64,000 bases of DNA. Origin: Patescibacteria group bacterium. Lineage in GTDB: Bacteria > Patescibacteriota > Patescibacteriia > UBA1558 > GWA2-36-10. The stretch is taken from assembly GCA_018819405.1 (NCBI GenBank), contig JAHJQF010000001.1, forward strand, positions 371,277 to 435,276, read 5' to 3'. The notes under the pieces were generated by a model. That model was not told where the DNA came from. It worked only from the letters and a program-made list of their open reading frames with translations, and did no database searches. Positions 28,854-38,602 of the stretch are shown in pieces (position 1 is the first letter of the stretch; each line of letters starts with the position of its first letter). The position numbers and the translations under genes are program-made.

Positions 28854-29057
28854 AAAATTTGACATAAGTCAAACTATAATATATACATACAGTATAGGGT
28901 TATTTGAAAACCTTAGATTCTCTTCAGCGCACTTAGCTGGAGTTTTTTCAAACTAGAGTGCCCTGGAGAGAATAAACTTGGGCAATTTGATGGCCTGCGA
29001 GGATAGTCGAATCTTCAAAAATATTCTCCCAGGCTTTGTAGCCTAAACGACAAAAAT

Positions 29058-29237
29058 ATGTTCCGTGCTTTGTATGGATTTTTCAACTTCATATTTTTGA
29101 TCATCTTGTTCAAGATGTTTGCTCCAGGAATTTACCAGTTAGTCATACAGCTTTTCACCACCATCTTGGTGATGGCTAATGATACAGCCAGCGCGATGGC
29201 TACTGGAGCTCCTTACGAATTTCCAAATGGTATCTAA
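29058..29237 (+). CDS. 59-aa two-TM hydrophobic peptide (below ORF-track threshold) in a GC-rich patch
   Basis: MFRALYGFFNFIFLIILFKMFAPGIYQLVIQLFTTILVMANDTASAMATGAPYEFPNGI. ~200-nt structured leader downstream of ttgaca...tataat (28861-28884). Terminator at 29265..29291. Confidence 0.3.
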   Translation: MFRALYGFFNFIFLIILFKMFAPGIYQLVIQLFTTILVMANDTASAMATGAPYEFPNGI

Positions 29238-29264
29238 GATACTGTTTGGAAACCCCATTTCCAA

Positions 29265-29291
29265 GGACTGGCTCACGCCGGTCCTTTTTTT
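29265..29291 (+). terminator. Rho-independent terminator (plus strand)
   Basis: ggactggctcacgccggtcc followed by ttttttt. Confidence 0.6.
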
Positions 29292-29307
29292 GAACAAAAA
29301 AAATGAG

Positions 29308-29332
29308 CCGGGTGACCCTAGGGTCACCCGGC
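29308..29332 (-). terminator. Strong rho-independent terminator (minus strand; palindromic)
   Basis: gccgggtgaccc tag ggtcacccggc perfect 11-bp stem; T-run on minus strand (A-run 29296-29303 on plus). Confidence 0.8.
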
Positions 29333-29524
29333 ACAGCCACACATGGAGTTGACAAACATGGCCAGCTCCAGATCGTGCTCTTCAAAGAGCTCGTCGCCTA
29401 CTAGGATGTACCAACTCTGGCCACCGTCGAAAGAGTAGCCATCAAAGTGGATGCCAGCTCCCAGGTTCCAGCGACTCGGTTTCTCTATAATGTTGAGGTA
29501 GAGGAGCAGGAAGTTCTCGTTCAT
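29324..29524 (-). CDS. Hypothetical 66-aa protein with strong SD, 5'-UTR hairpin and dedicated terminator, ~55% GC
   Basis: SD ggaaagga 5 nt before the ATG. Stop TGA embedded in the terminator stem. Upstream 10-bp IR gctgagctaa/ttagctcagc (29577-29620). Confidence 0.4.
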   Translation of the reverse strand: MNENFLLLYLNIIEKPSRWNLGAGIHFDGYSFDGGQSWYILVGDELFEEHDLELAMFVNSMCGCAG

Positions 29525-29671
29525 AGCTGTCCTTTCCAGAAGAGTAGTGTTGGTTGGTTTTTTAGCTTTTGCTGAGCTAAGTGGAATATACTGGAAGATG
29601 CTATTTAGCTCAGCTTAATATTTATTGATTTATTTGTCAATAATCATATTTATTGCTAAGATGACACTATT

Positions 29672-30517
29672 ATGAAAAAATATTTTTTAATTATACTAGT
29701 AGCTTTGGCGTTGATAGCATTTGGCATTTGGTATTATTGGGATAAGTCCAAAGAAAATATTGATTTGGATTTACCTCCAGCGCAGACTTATAAAGATTTT
29801 AAAAATTTGGCTGAACAAAATCCAACTAATAATGAGAGTGTTGATAATTTTCAACCAGAGGAGCTAATTGTCAATAACAACACCAATGAAGTTGTAGAAC
29901 AGCCCGAAAAACCAGACTTGACGGATAATCAAAATCAAAATCCCTTGCCTGTAACCAGCATAAATCTGAATGTGCCTTTTACTTCTCAAGCGCCGACTGC
30001 CAATTGGGAACAACCTTTTCAGGATGCTTGTGAAGAAGCGGCAATACTAATGGCTGATTATTATGTGCAAGGAAAGTCCATGCCGTCAGTTACGGAAGTA
30101 GAAAATATTTTAAAAGATATGATTGATTGGCAGAGCCAAAATATGGACGGGGAAATAGACATGGATATTTCAGAATTGGCTTATTTTGCCAAAAATTATT
30201 TGGGTTATGAAAAATACGAAATAGTAGAGGATTTGAGCGTAGAAAAAATCATCAGTTATTTGAATAGGGGATTGCCATTGGTTGTTCCTGCCAATGGCAA
30301 GTTATTGGACAATCCCAATTTTAGCAACGGCGGGCCGGTCTATCATATGTTGGTTATAAAGGGTTATAAAGACGGACATTTTATCACCAACGATCCTGGT
30401 ACCAGACTAGGTCATAATTTTATTTATACTTTTGAAAATATGCTTTATTCCATTGCCGACTGGGATGCAAAAACGGGCCAGGCAACTGGTCCGAAAAGGG
30501 CTTTAGTTATTTATTGA
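29672..30517 (+). CDS. Membrane-anchored Peptidase_C39_2 (YvpB-like) domain protein, tentative
   Basis: N-terminal TM helix, low-complexity linker, then VPFTSQAPTANWEQPFQDACEEAAILMADYY resembling the C39-like peptidase family start with catalytic Cys. Confidence 0.5.
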   Translation: MKKYFLIILVALALIAFGIWYYWDKSKENIDLDLPPAQTYKDFKNLAEQNPTNNESVDNFQPEELIVNNNTNEVVEQPEKPDLTDNQNQNPLPVTSINLNVPFTSQAPTANWEQPFQDACEEAAILMADYYVQGKSMPSVTEVENILKDMIDWQSQNMDGEIDMDISELAYFAKNYLGYEKYEIVEDLSVEKIISYLNRGLPLVVPANGKLLDNPNFSNGGPVYHMLVIKGYKDGHFITNDPGTRLGHNFIYTFENMLYSIADWDAKTGQATGPKRALVIY

Positions 30518-30519
30518 AA

Positions 30520-31188
30520 CTAAGCTAATTTAGTGTTATTTATTTCTAGATGAAATTTGTATTTTAGATAAGCGGCGGCTTTTTGACAATAGTTCATGCG
30601 TTCTACAAAAATAGAGAAGTAATCCATAATACAGGTAAAATTAGTATCCAGCTTCAAAGATAAAGTAATTGTCTTTTTTTGTTTATCTATTTTGAGATGA
30701 TTATCTGTTACAGCATAGTTTACCCTATCGTGAATGTCAGCTTTTATATCGTTGATATTTTTGGTTTTTACTCTGTTTCTGTGCACGTCTGATTTGTCAG
30801 CAATAATCAGGCAGGCGGTAGTAGCATCTATTATCTTTAGGTCGTCTTTGTCATGAGCTACGATAGCCTGAGAAATTTTGGCTATATTCTCGGGTTTATC
30901 AGTAGTATTTAGAAAACATTGAGAAAATAAAATAGCCGCCCAATAATGATGCTGGGTACGTCCTAAAAAATTTCCCATATCATGACACCAGCCGGATATA
31001 GCGGCTATCTCTTGGTCATTTTTTGATAAACCGATTTTGGTGGCAATCATTCTTGATCGGTCACTGACAATGTCTAGGTGACGGCGGCCATGATCGGTGT
31101 AACCTAAAGATCTGAGGTATTTATCAGTTTGGTCAATAAAGGCGTTGATCCGTAGATCAGCCTTGACCTCTTTGAGAGTTGGTTTCAT
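30520..31188 (-). CDS. HD-domain phosphohydrolase
   Basis: H...HD motif (HGRRHLDIV ... WCHDMGNF). Confidence 0.7.
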   Translation of the reverse strand: MKPTLKEVKADLRINAFIDQTDKYLRSLGYTDHGRRHLDIVSDRSRMIATKIGLSKNDQEIAAISGWCHDMGNFLGRTQHHYWAAILFSQCFLNTTDKPENIAKISQAIVAHDKDDLKIIDATTACLIIADKSDVHRNRVKTKNINDIKADIHDRVNYAVTDNHLKIDKQKKTITLSLKLDTNFTCIMDYFSIFVERMNYCQKAAAYLKYKFHLEINNTKLA

Positions 31189-31467
31189 TTATTTTTTTAA
31201 AGCGTCTTTTAGAGTTTTGCCAGCTTTGAACTTTGGCACAACGACTTCAGGAATTTGAATCCTTTCTTTTGGATTGCGAGGATTGACTCCAAACCTAGCA
31301 TGTCTTTTTCTAGCTGAAAAAGTGCCAAATCCGGTGAGAGTCAATTCTTTGCCTTCCTTGAGTCTCTCAATAGCCAAATCTTCAAGAGCCTGAAGCACAT
31401 CCTCAGCTTCTTTTTTGCTGACTCCTGCTTTGATGGCTACGCTTTCGATGAGTTGGGCTTTATTCAT
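31189..31467 (-). CDS. hup: DNA-binding protein HU
   Basis: MNKAQLIESVA...GFGTFSARKRHARFGVNPRNPKERIQIPE, 92 aa. Confidence 0.9.
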   Translation of the reverse strand: MNKAQLIESVAIKAGVSKKEAEDVLQALEDLAIERLKEGKELTLTGFGTFSARKRHARFGVNPRNPKERIQIPEVVVPKFKAGKTLKDALKK

Positions 31468-31471
31468 ATGA

Positions 31472-32278
31472 TTAATTTATTATTTCTCTTAAAAGCTCAA
31501 TGTGAGTTGTTTTGTGTGTTTTATTATCTATTTCTAATAATACTGCATTTACCTCAATTTGACCAGTTCTTGGCAAATCATGGACAATCTTTTCGTCAGT
31601 GAGAAATTTTTGGATGATTATTTCTTTTTTAATACCAAGCACAGAGGGATAAGCTCCTATCATGCCAATATCAGTTAAATAGCCTGTGCCGTTTGGCAAA
31701 ATTTGAGCATCAGCTGTGGGCACGTGAGTGTGGGTACCAACAATAGCTGATATGCGACCGTCCAAATATAAGCCCATAGCTCTTTTATCACTGGTTGCCT
31801 CAGCGTGCATATCAATAATGATATTGGCATCTTTGGGTAGCTCATTTAAAAACTCATCAATTTTGATAAAAGGATTGGCAATCTGCTCATCCTCATATTG
31901 GATAAAAGTTTGGCCTTGTAGATTGATAACTATTAGATTTGTGCCATTTACTTCTACACTTTGATAGCGGTATTTATCTGGTGTACGAGAGTCATTGATA
32001 GCTGTGGCTATTTTGTAGTCAGTTTCCATAGCCAGTTGTCCAATATCATATTTTTTCCAAATATGATTACCGCCAGTAAAAATACTAACGCCAGCATTGG
32101 CCACTTCTTCAATGGTTTTTATGGTAACACCTTTGTTGTGGGCTATATTTTCAATATTGCCGATAAAAATATCGGGATTGTATTTTTCTTTCCACTGAGG
32201 CACTATCTTTTTGACACCTTCTCTACCCAAGACACCTGAGATATCGCCTAGGAAAATGATTTTTGTTTTATCTGGCAT
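31472..32278 (-). CDS. ymdB: YmdB-family 2',3'-cyclic-nucleotide 2'-phosphodiesterase (metallophosphoesterase TIGR00282)
   Basis: IIFLGDISGVLGREGV...GNHIWKK...GTHTHVPTAD pattern; classic rny-ymdB pairing. Confidence 0.8.
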   Translation of the reverse strand: MPDKTKIIFLGDISGVLGREGVKKIVPQWKEKYNPDIFIGNIENIAHNKGVTIKTIEEVANAGVSIFTGGNHIWKKYDIGQLAMETDYKIATAINDSRTPDKYRYQSVEVNGTNLIVINLQGQTFIQYEDEQIANPFIKIDEFLNELPKDANIIIDMHAEATSDKRAMGLYLDGRISAIVGTHTHVPTADAQILPNGTGYLTDIGMIGAYPSVLGIKKEIIIQKFLTDEKIVHDLPRTGQIEVNAVLLEIDNKTHKTTHIELLREIIN

Positions 32279-33782
32279 ACTCAGTAATCCTTTTCTCTCT
32301 AATAATAGTTACTCTAATTTCACCTGGATATTTTAAATCATTTTCAATTTTATTGGCAATATCACGGGCTAGTTTTTCAGCCTTGTAGTCGTCTATGACA
32401 TCAGGGGAGACAAAGACTCTGATTTCACGTCCAGCCTGGATGGCATATACTTTATCTACTCCTTCAAAAGACTTGGCAGTATCTTCTAACTCAGTCAATC
32501 TTTGGATATATTCTTCAAATGAATCACGGCGAGCGCCGGGACGTGAGCCTGAGATTGCATCAGCAATTTTGACAACTACGCCTTCCAGTGTTTTTGGGTG
32601 ATCTTCATGATGGGAGACAGACATATAGGCCACTTCTTCCGGTAGACCAAATTTTTTCATAAGGTCATAACCAATATCAGGATGTGAGCCTTGTATTTCA
32701 TGGTCCAGCGCTTTACCAATGTCATGGAGCAAACCACCTTTTTTACATACATTAACATCAGCTTTTAACTCGGCAGCCAAAAGACCTGATAAGTGGGAAA
32801 CCTCCAGAGCGTGTTGTAATTGATTTTGTCCGTAGCTAGTTCTGTATTTTAAGCGACCTAATATTTGGATAAGTTTACTATCCAATCCTACTACACCAGC
32901 TTGATAAGCAGCCTCTTCGCCAGTTTTTTTGATATCAATAGCCAGCTCTTTTTTGGCCTGCTGGACAGTCTCTTCAATTCTTCCTGGGTGGATGCGTCCA
33001 TCAGCCATAAGCTTTTCCAGAGTCCTTTTGGCTAGTTGACGTCTGATGGGATTGAAAGCAGATATCAGGATTGATTCTGGAGTATCGTCAATAATAATTT
33101 CCACACCAGTCAACTGCTCGATAGTTTTAATGTTTCTGCCTTCACGACCAATGATGCGGCCTTTCATTTCTTCATTTGGTAAATTCACGGCAGTAGTAGT
33201 GGTTTCTACAGTATGAGGAGCGGCACAGCGTTCAATAACAGTAGACAAGATTTCTCTGGCCCTTGATTCAAGCTCATCGGTGCCTTGTTCTTCTAACTTG
33301 CGCATTCTTTGGAGCAAATCATCTTTCATTTTAACCTCAGTATTTTTGATGAGTACTTCTTTGGCCTCGTCTTGAGTCAGGTTGGCTATTTTTTCCAGTT
33401 TAGCCATTTGTTCATCTTTGATTTTTTTGATTTCCTCCTTATTTTTTTCCAATTGGCTTTTTGTGTTATTTATTTTTTGTTTATCTTCTTCCAAATCCAT
33501 CAATTTTTTGTCAAACAGACCTTCTCTTTTGGTCAATCTATCTTCCAAATCATGAAGACTGTTTCGTCTTTCTCTTTCTTCATTTTTTGCTTCTTCTATA
33601 ATTTTCAAAGACTGCTCTTTTGATTCCAAAAGGGCATCTTTGGCTTTTTGCTTGGCGCTCATTATAATATCTTCAGCTTTTCTTTCGGCTGATTCAATAT
33701 CTCGGCTAGCTAGAAATTTTTTGATGAAAAATCCAAAAACTATACCCACAAGCGCGGCAGCTAAATACCATACGATTTCCAT
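32268..33782 (-). CDS. rny: Ribonuclease Y
   Basis: N-terminal TM helix, long coiled coil, KH domain (GRIIGREGRNIKTIEQLTGVEIIIDD), HD domain (HSLEVSHL...LLHDIGK). Confidence 0.92.
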   Translation of the reverse strand: MEIVWYLAAALVGIVFGFFIKKFLASRDIESAERKAEDIIMSAKQKAKDALLESKEQSLKIIEEAKNEERERRNSLHDLEDRLTKREGLFDKKLMDLEEDKQKINNTKSQLEKNKEEIKKIKDEQMAKLEKIANLTQDEAKEVLIKNTEVKMKDDLLQRMRKLEEQGTDELESRAREILSTVIERCAAPHTVETTTTAVNLPNEEMKGRIIGREGRNIKTIEQLTGVEIIIDDTPESILISAFNPIRRQLAKRTLEKLMADGRIHPGRIEETVQQAKKELAIDIKKTGEEAAYQAGVVGLDSKLIQILGRLKYRTSYGQNQLQHALEVSHLSGLLAAELKADVNVCKKGGLLHDIGKALDHEIQGSHPDIGYDLMKKFGLPEEVAYMSVSHHEDHPKTLEGVVVKIADAISGSRPGARRDSFEEYIQRLTELEDTAKSFEGVDKVYAIQAGREIRVFVSPDVIDDYKAEKLARDIANKIENDLKYPGEIRVTIIREKRITEYAR

Positions 33783-34272
33783 TTTATAGTGACTTTCCGG
33801 TTTACTGTTTTAGTTTTTCTATAGAGAGATAAAAATAACCCGAGATTTGTGTTCGTTTAGAGTAAAAATTGTTTATATGAGATTCTAATTTTGCTATTAG
33901 ACATTGAGGTTATTATCCCAAAAATATGTTTAAAATTCAGAATAGTTTGAGAGTGTAGTCTCTTCAGTGATGTTGAACCAAACAGTAAATTAATTTGTTA
34001 AAATTGGAGGATTTTGCCTTATTTTCTATATATTTGGCACTATTTTTTAATCCTCACTGGTGAGATTACCATAAAAGGCTTTTAAAATCAAGAGCCTTAA
34101 GGGCATTTAACTAAAAGACCATCAGCATGATGTAAGACATCCTTCGAAGTCTTTCGACTATCAATTGATGTTTTACGCTGATGGTCTGGTGGCGAGTTAT
34201 GTCGAGTTGGATTAAATAACCCAAAAACTCACCTTGCAAAAATATTAGCACATTTTGAAAATATTGAAAAGA

Positions 34273-34845
34273 TTATTTTATGATTTTATCCACTAGGCCA
34301 TATTTGAGTGCTTCTTCGGCTGTCATATAATGGTCGCGGTCAGTATCTCTTTCAATATTTTTTATGGGTTGTCCGGTATGACGAACGAGTATTTTGTTTA
34401 ATCTGTCTTTGAGTTTTAGGATTTGTTCGGCTTTTATTTTTATATCACTGGCTTGGCCGCTAGCGCCACCCATAACTTGATGAATAAGTATTTCTGAGTT
34501 GGGTAATGCATAGCGCATGCCTTTGGCTCCACCGGCCAAAAGCAGGGCGGCCATAGAAGCTGCCAGTCCTATCGAAATAGTAGAAACTGGGCTTTTGATG
34601 TGCTGCATAGTATCATAGATTGCCAGGCCGTCAGTCACAGATCCACCGACTGAGTTGATATACATCTTGATTGGTTTTTTATTATCTTGGGCATCCAGAA
34701 ATAGTAGTTGGGCAATTATTATATTTGCCAAATGGTCGTCTATTTGGTCACCTAAAAAGATTATTCTATCCTTGAGTAGACGAGAATAGATGTCGTAGGC
34801 TCGTTCGCCACCAGGGACTTTTTCTATTACTGTTGGTATTAACAT
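34273..34845 (-). CDS. clpP: ATP-dependent Clp protease proteolytic subunit
   Basis: ClpP core [11 protein letters not shown] with catalytic Ser, plus His and Asp positions; 190 aa. Confidence 0.9.
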   Translation of the reverse strand: MLIPTVIEKVPGGERAYDIYSRLLKDRIIFLGDQIDDHLANIIIAQLLFLDAQDNKKPIKMYINSVGGSVTDGLAIYDTMQHIKSPVSTISIGLAASMAALLLAGGAKGMRYALPNSEILIHQVMGGASGQASDIKIKAEQILKLKDRLNKILVRHTGQPIKNIERDTDRDHYMTAEEALKYGLVDKIIK

Positions 34846-34888
34846 ATAATTCAGTTTAAAGTTTAAAGTCGAAAGTTTTGATTTTTTA

Positions 34889-35854
34889 TTAAATAATTCT
34901 TAGTTTATTATTATCATAGACTAGCTTTCCTGGCAAGGAAAAACCGGCTGCCTTTTTGTGTCCACCACCGCCAAATAAAGCGGCTAGCTTTGTCAAATCT
35001 ATATTGGAGGTTGTACGGAGTGAGCCTTTGACAGTGCCATCGGCTCTTTCGGTGAGCACCATGATGATTTGTCCCTCTTTTAAAATATGTAAAAAGTTGG
35101 CCAAACCATCAGAAGCATTTTCATTGGCCTGGCAATTTTTGAAATCATCCTGTGTAATCCAAGTATATACTATATTATGCTTGTCTATTTTTTTTAGGCG
35201 CTCTAGGGCAATACCCCAGAGTTTTAAACTCTCTATGTTTATTTTGTTTAGAGAGTTTTTGATTATTTGTTGAGTTTTTGCACCATAGGCTATAAGATCA
35301 GAAGCGGCGGCCAAAGCTTGATAGTTTGTAGCTCCATTTTTGAAACCGTCAGTATCGGTGATAATACCCGCTATCAAGCAAGTGGCTATATCTTTGTCCC
35401 ATTGTATATACCAATCTTTTAGGAGGCGATAGACCACCTCGGAGGTTGATGAAGCACTATCAATCACTAAATTGATATCGCCGTACAATGGGTTGCTGAT
35501 ATGGTGATCTATATTGATTAGGGTGTAGCCTAGTGGAAGAGCTGACATTAGATTATTTATCCCAGCATAATCTAAGTTGGAAGAATCTAGGGTAATGACT
35601 AGGTCATATTTTTTTGTAAAAACAAGGTGGTCAGTAGTTAGTTGGTAGCTGTTGGGCAAAAATTCTAAATTATCGGGCACAGGATCTGTACAAAAACTAC
35701 TTACATTTTTATTGAGTTTAGACAGATAGGAAAATAAAGCCAAGCTTGAGCCAAGTGTATCTCCATCTGGTTTTTGATGAGAAATCAACAAAACATCCTG
35801 GGATTTTTCCAAGAGTTGAAAAATGCTTTGGCTGATTGCTTTATGATTATGCAT
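34889..35854 (-). CDS. nrnA: DHH/DHHA1 phosphoesterase, NrnA-like bifunctional oligoribonuclease/pAp phosphatase
   Basis: DGDTLGS, NIDHH (DHH motif) and [10 protein letters not shown] (DHHA1) motifs. Confidence 0.75.
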   Translation of the reverse strand: MHNHKAISQSIFQLLEKSQDVLLISHQKPDGDTLGSSLALFSYLSKLNKNVSSFCTDPVPDNLEFLPNSYQLTTDHLVFTKKYDLVITLDSSNLDYAGINNLMSALPLGYTLINIDHHISNPLYGDINLVIDSASSTSEVVYRLLKDWYIQWDKDIATCLIAGIITDTDGFKNGATNYQALAAASDLIAYGAKTQQIIKNSLNKINIESLKLWGIALERLKKIDKHNIVYTWITQDDFKNCQANENASDGLANFLHILKEGQIIMVLTERADGTVKGSLRTTSNIDLTKLAALFGGGGHKKAAGFSLPGKLVYDNNKLRII

Positions 35855-35986
35855 AGATCAGTTAGAACTTTTATTTATTTTTTGCTTATTGACCAAACAA
35901 GATATAGCCAGTCAGTATAGCCAGAAATTAAAGCAAAGTCAATGCTTTGTCATTGCTGATTGAAAAACCCTGCTGGATTAGCAGGG

Positions 35987-36313
35987 TTAATTTTTTAGGG
36001 CTTCATCAATTGCTTTGTATTTGAGGTCTCTATCATCTAATTCAAATTGGATTTTTGGAGTTACCCGGATAGATATTTTTTTGCCGATTTGTCTTTGGAC
36101 ATGTCCGGTGAATCTACGGATAGCTTCCAGACCACTTCCGGTTTTGTTTTGAGGTATAACACTTACATAAGCAGTGGCATTTTTTAAATCGTCGGCCACT
36201 GTTACTTGTGACACACTGACGAGCATGCCCATTGGCGCTTCAAAATCACGGATTATTATATTGTTTATTTCGCTACGCAGTAGCTCGGCTATTTGTTCAG
36301 TCCTCTTACTCAT
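35987..36313 (-). CDS. rbfA: Ribosome-binding factor A
   Basis: RbfA KH-like fold sequence pattern; immediately downstream of infB (8-nt overlap). Confidence 0.8.
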   Translation of the reverse strand: MSKRTEQIAELLRSEINNIIIRDFEAPMGMLVSVSQVTVADDLKNATAYVSVIPQNKTGSGLEAIRRFTGHVQRQIGKKISIRVTPKIQFELDDRDLKYKAIDEALKN

Positions 36314-38282
36314 ATGATTCTTGGAAAAATTCTAAAATATCGCCGACTTCTATAATTGGTTCACCTTTATATTCTAAGCCAGCTTCATTGCCGGTTACTA
36401 CTTCGGCGACATTTTCTTTGGCTGACTGCAGACTGACAAGTTGGCCAATGGTCTCTACTTGTTCATTTTTTAGGACTTTTATTTTGCTGTCTTTGCTTAT
36501 TTTTCCTTCTATGACTTTGCCACCAACTATCATGCCGCCTTTGGTGGTTTTAAATATTGCCAAGACCTGCATTTTACCCAAAAATTTGTGAATAGTTTTT
36601 TTACCTTTTATGGCAGTCAATATCTTTTCTACTTCTTCTAATAGTTTGTATATAATATCAAAGTGGAGGATAGTAACATGTTTTTCATTGGCTAGGGTGG
36701 CAGTGTTTTTGTTTTCTTTTATATGAAAACCAATAATAATAGCATTAGTTGCTTCGGCATTTAAGACATCATCTTCAGTAATCTGACCCAAACCTTTTTT
36801 GATAACTTTTAATCTGGTATCTTCTACTTTTATTTTTGACAATGATTCTTCTATGGCTTCGGCTGACCCCATTACATCTGATTTGATGATTAGATTAAGA
36901 TGGGCAGTATTTTGTTCTTCCTCGCCATTATTATTGCTACTATTACTGACTTTTACGGCTTTGCTTTGGCTACTCATTTCCTTGAGACGTGATTTGAATT
37001 CTTTTTTGTCTTGGATGACTTCTAATATTTCGCCGACTTTTGGTAATTGTTTTAGGCCGAGGATTTTAACCGGAGTAGAGGGTAGAGCGCTATTTAGGTT
37101 TTTACCAGTCCAGTCCTGCATGATTTTTATCTTGCCCGATACTGAGCCAACACAAAAAGTATCACCAAGTTGCAGATTACCAGCTTGGACTAAGACAGTG
37201 GCTACTGGTCCGGCGCTTTTGTCTACATGAGATTCAATGATTGTGCCGACAGCCGGTCCTGTAGAATCAGCTTTCTTTTCTTCCATATCAGCCACCAAAA
37301 GAATCATATCCAAAAGCTCAGGAATATTTTTTTTGAATTTGGCAGATATTGGCTGGCAGATTATTTTGCCACCCCAATCTTCTGGGATCAAATTAATTTC
37401 GGAAAGCCCTTGTTTTACTTTGTCGATGTCAGCTTCCTCTTTGTCGATTTTGTTTATTGCTACTACGAAAGGTAATTTTTCTTTTTGGATGACAGAAATA
37501 CTTTCTAGTGTTTGCGGTTGCAAACCATCATCAGCCGCAACCACTAGGATAGCTACGTCAGCTATTTGGCCTCCGCGACTTCGCATAGCCTTGAAAGCTT
37601 CATGTCCGGGAGTATCTAAGAAAGTAATCAGTCTATCGCGAGTGACTACCTGGTAAGCACCAATATGTTGGGTAATGCCACCTGCTTCTTGATCAACTAC
37701 ATTGGTTTCACGGATTGCATCAAGCAACTTTGTTTTACCGTGGTCGACGTGACCCATGACTACTACTACTGGTGGGCGAGTGTCTTTGGCTGTGCGCTTG
37801 CCCAATAGCGATTCTAGTTTTTCTCTTTTGCTCTGCTCTTGTATTATTTCTTCGTCGGATTTTATAGCTTTGAATCCTAAATCCTCAGCTATGATAGTGG
37901 CTGTATCAAAATCAATACGCTCATTGAGAGAAACCATAATGCCGTTTTTCATCAGTTCACCCATCAGCTTAGCGACTGGCAACTTCATAAGCTCGGCCAT
38001 ATCTTTGACAATTATGGTTTCACCCATTGATATTTCTTTACTAGCTTTTTTTTGTTCAGTTTCAGCTTGTAGATTTTCTTTACCCCTTTCTTCTACCTGA
38101 GAAAGCTCGTGTTGCATACGGGCTTTTTTGACCTGTTTTCTCCAAGCCTCGGTTATTTTGGGGACCAAGTTGTCATCTACTTTGATAGCTCTAGCTCCAA
38201 TATCAAAACCAAGTTCCGGTAATTTTTCCAGGAGCTCGGTGGTTGTTACTTTGAGTTGTCTAGCAAGAGCACTTACATTCAT
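36306..38282 (-). CDS. infB: Translation initiation factor IF-2 (short N-terminal region)
   Basis: G domain GHVDHGKT, DTPGHEAF, NKID; C-terminal beta-barrels; 658 aa. Confidence 0.95.
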   Translation of the reverse strand: MNVSALARQLKVTTTELLEKLPELGFDIGARAIKVDDNLVPKITEAWRKQVKKARMQHELSQVEERGKENLQAETEQKKASKEISMGETIIVKDMAELMKLPVAKLMGELMKNGIMVSLNERIDFDTATIIAEDLGFKAIKSDEEIIQEQSKREKLESLLGKRTAKDTRPPVVVVMGHVDHGKTKLLDAIRETNVVDQEAGGITQHIGAYQVVTRDRLITFLDTPGHEAFKAMRSRGGQIADVAILVVAADDGLQPQTLESISVIQKEKLPFVVAINKIDKEEADIDKVKQGLSEINLIPEDWGGKIICQPISAKFKKNIPELLDMILLVADMEEKKADSTGPAVGTIIESHVDKSAGPVATVLVQAGNLQLGDTFCVGSVSGKIKIMQDWTGKNLNSALPSTPVKILGLKQLPKVGEILEVIQDKKEFKSRLKEMSSQSKAVKVSNSSNNNGEEEQNTAHLNLIIKSDVMGSAEAIEESLSKIKVEDTRLKVIKKGLGQITEDDVLNAEATNAIIIGFHIKENKNTATLANEKHVTILHFDIIYKLLEEVEKILTAIKGKKTIHKFLGKMQVLAIFKTTKGGMIVGGKVIEGKISKDSKIKVLKNEQVETIGQLVSLQSAKENVAEVVTGNEAGLEYKGEPIIEVGDILEFFQESYE

Positions 38283-38602
38283 CCCATTTAGAAATTTATT
38301 TTGTTAAACATGGTAAAATCATAAAAATTTTATGAGCTATACTGTCTAATTATATTAGTCAAATATAGTATAATTGTTTTACTCCGTTAGAGTTTTGTGA
38401 GTTTCTAACGGGTTCATGATTTTGTAGAATTAAATGAATACACTGAAAAAACGTGTATTTTTTAAATAGTTCGCCCTAACTCTACTAAATTATCCTAAAA
38501 AAGTCAATCCTTCCACTTGGCTCAGGCTAGATAATTTGTGGTTTTTTAGTATTGACAATATTCCATAAATGTTATAGATTTAATGGTCAAAATAAAATTT
38601 AA

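Noticed and set aside
23856-34272. RNase P RNA, tmRNA, SRP RNA or 6S RNA in the long spacers (23856-24511, 33783-34272, 28860-29300)
   Set aside because: I could not find the P4 helix consensus (agtccgggc / acagaacccggc), a tRNA-like 3' end with a T-loop preceding CCA, or the SRP domain-IV motif. They are left as unclassified structured regions rather than named RNAs.
36232-38100. Plus-strand ORFs antisense to infB (36232..36591, 36799..37230, 37227..37475, 37237..37656, 37756..38100)
   Set aside because: Embedded opposite infB, Ser/Leu-rich frame-shadow translations.
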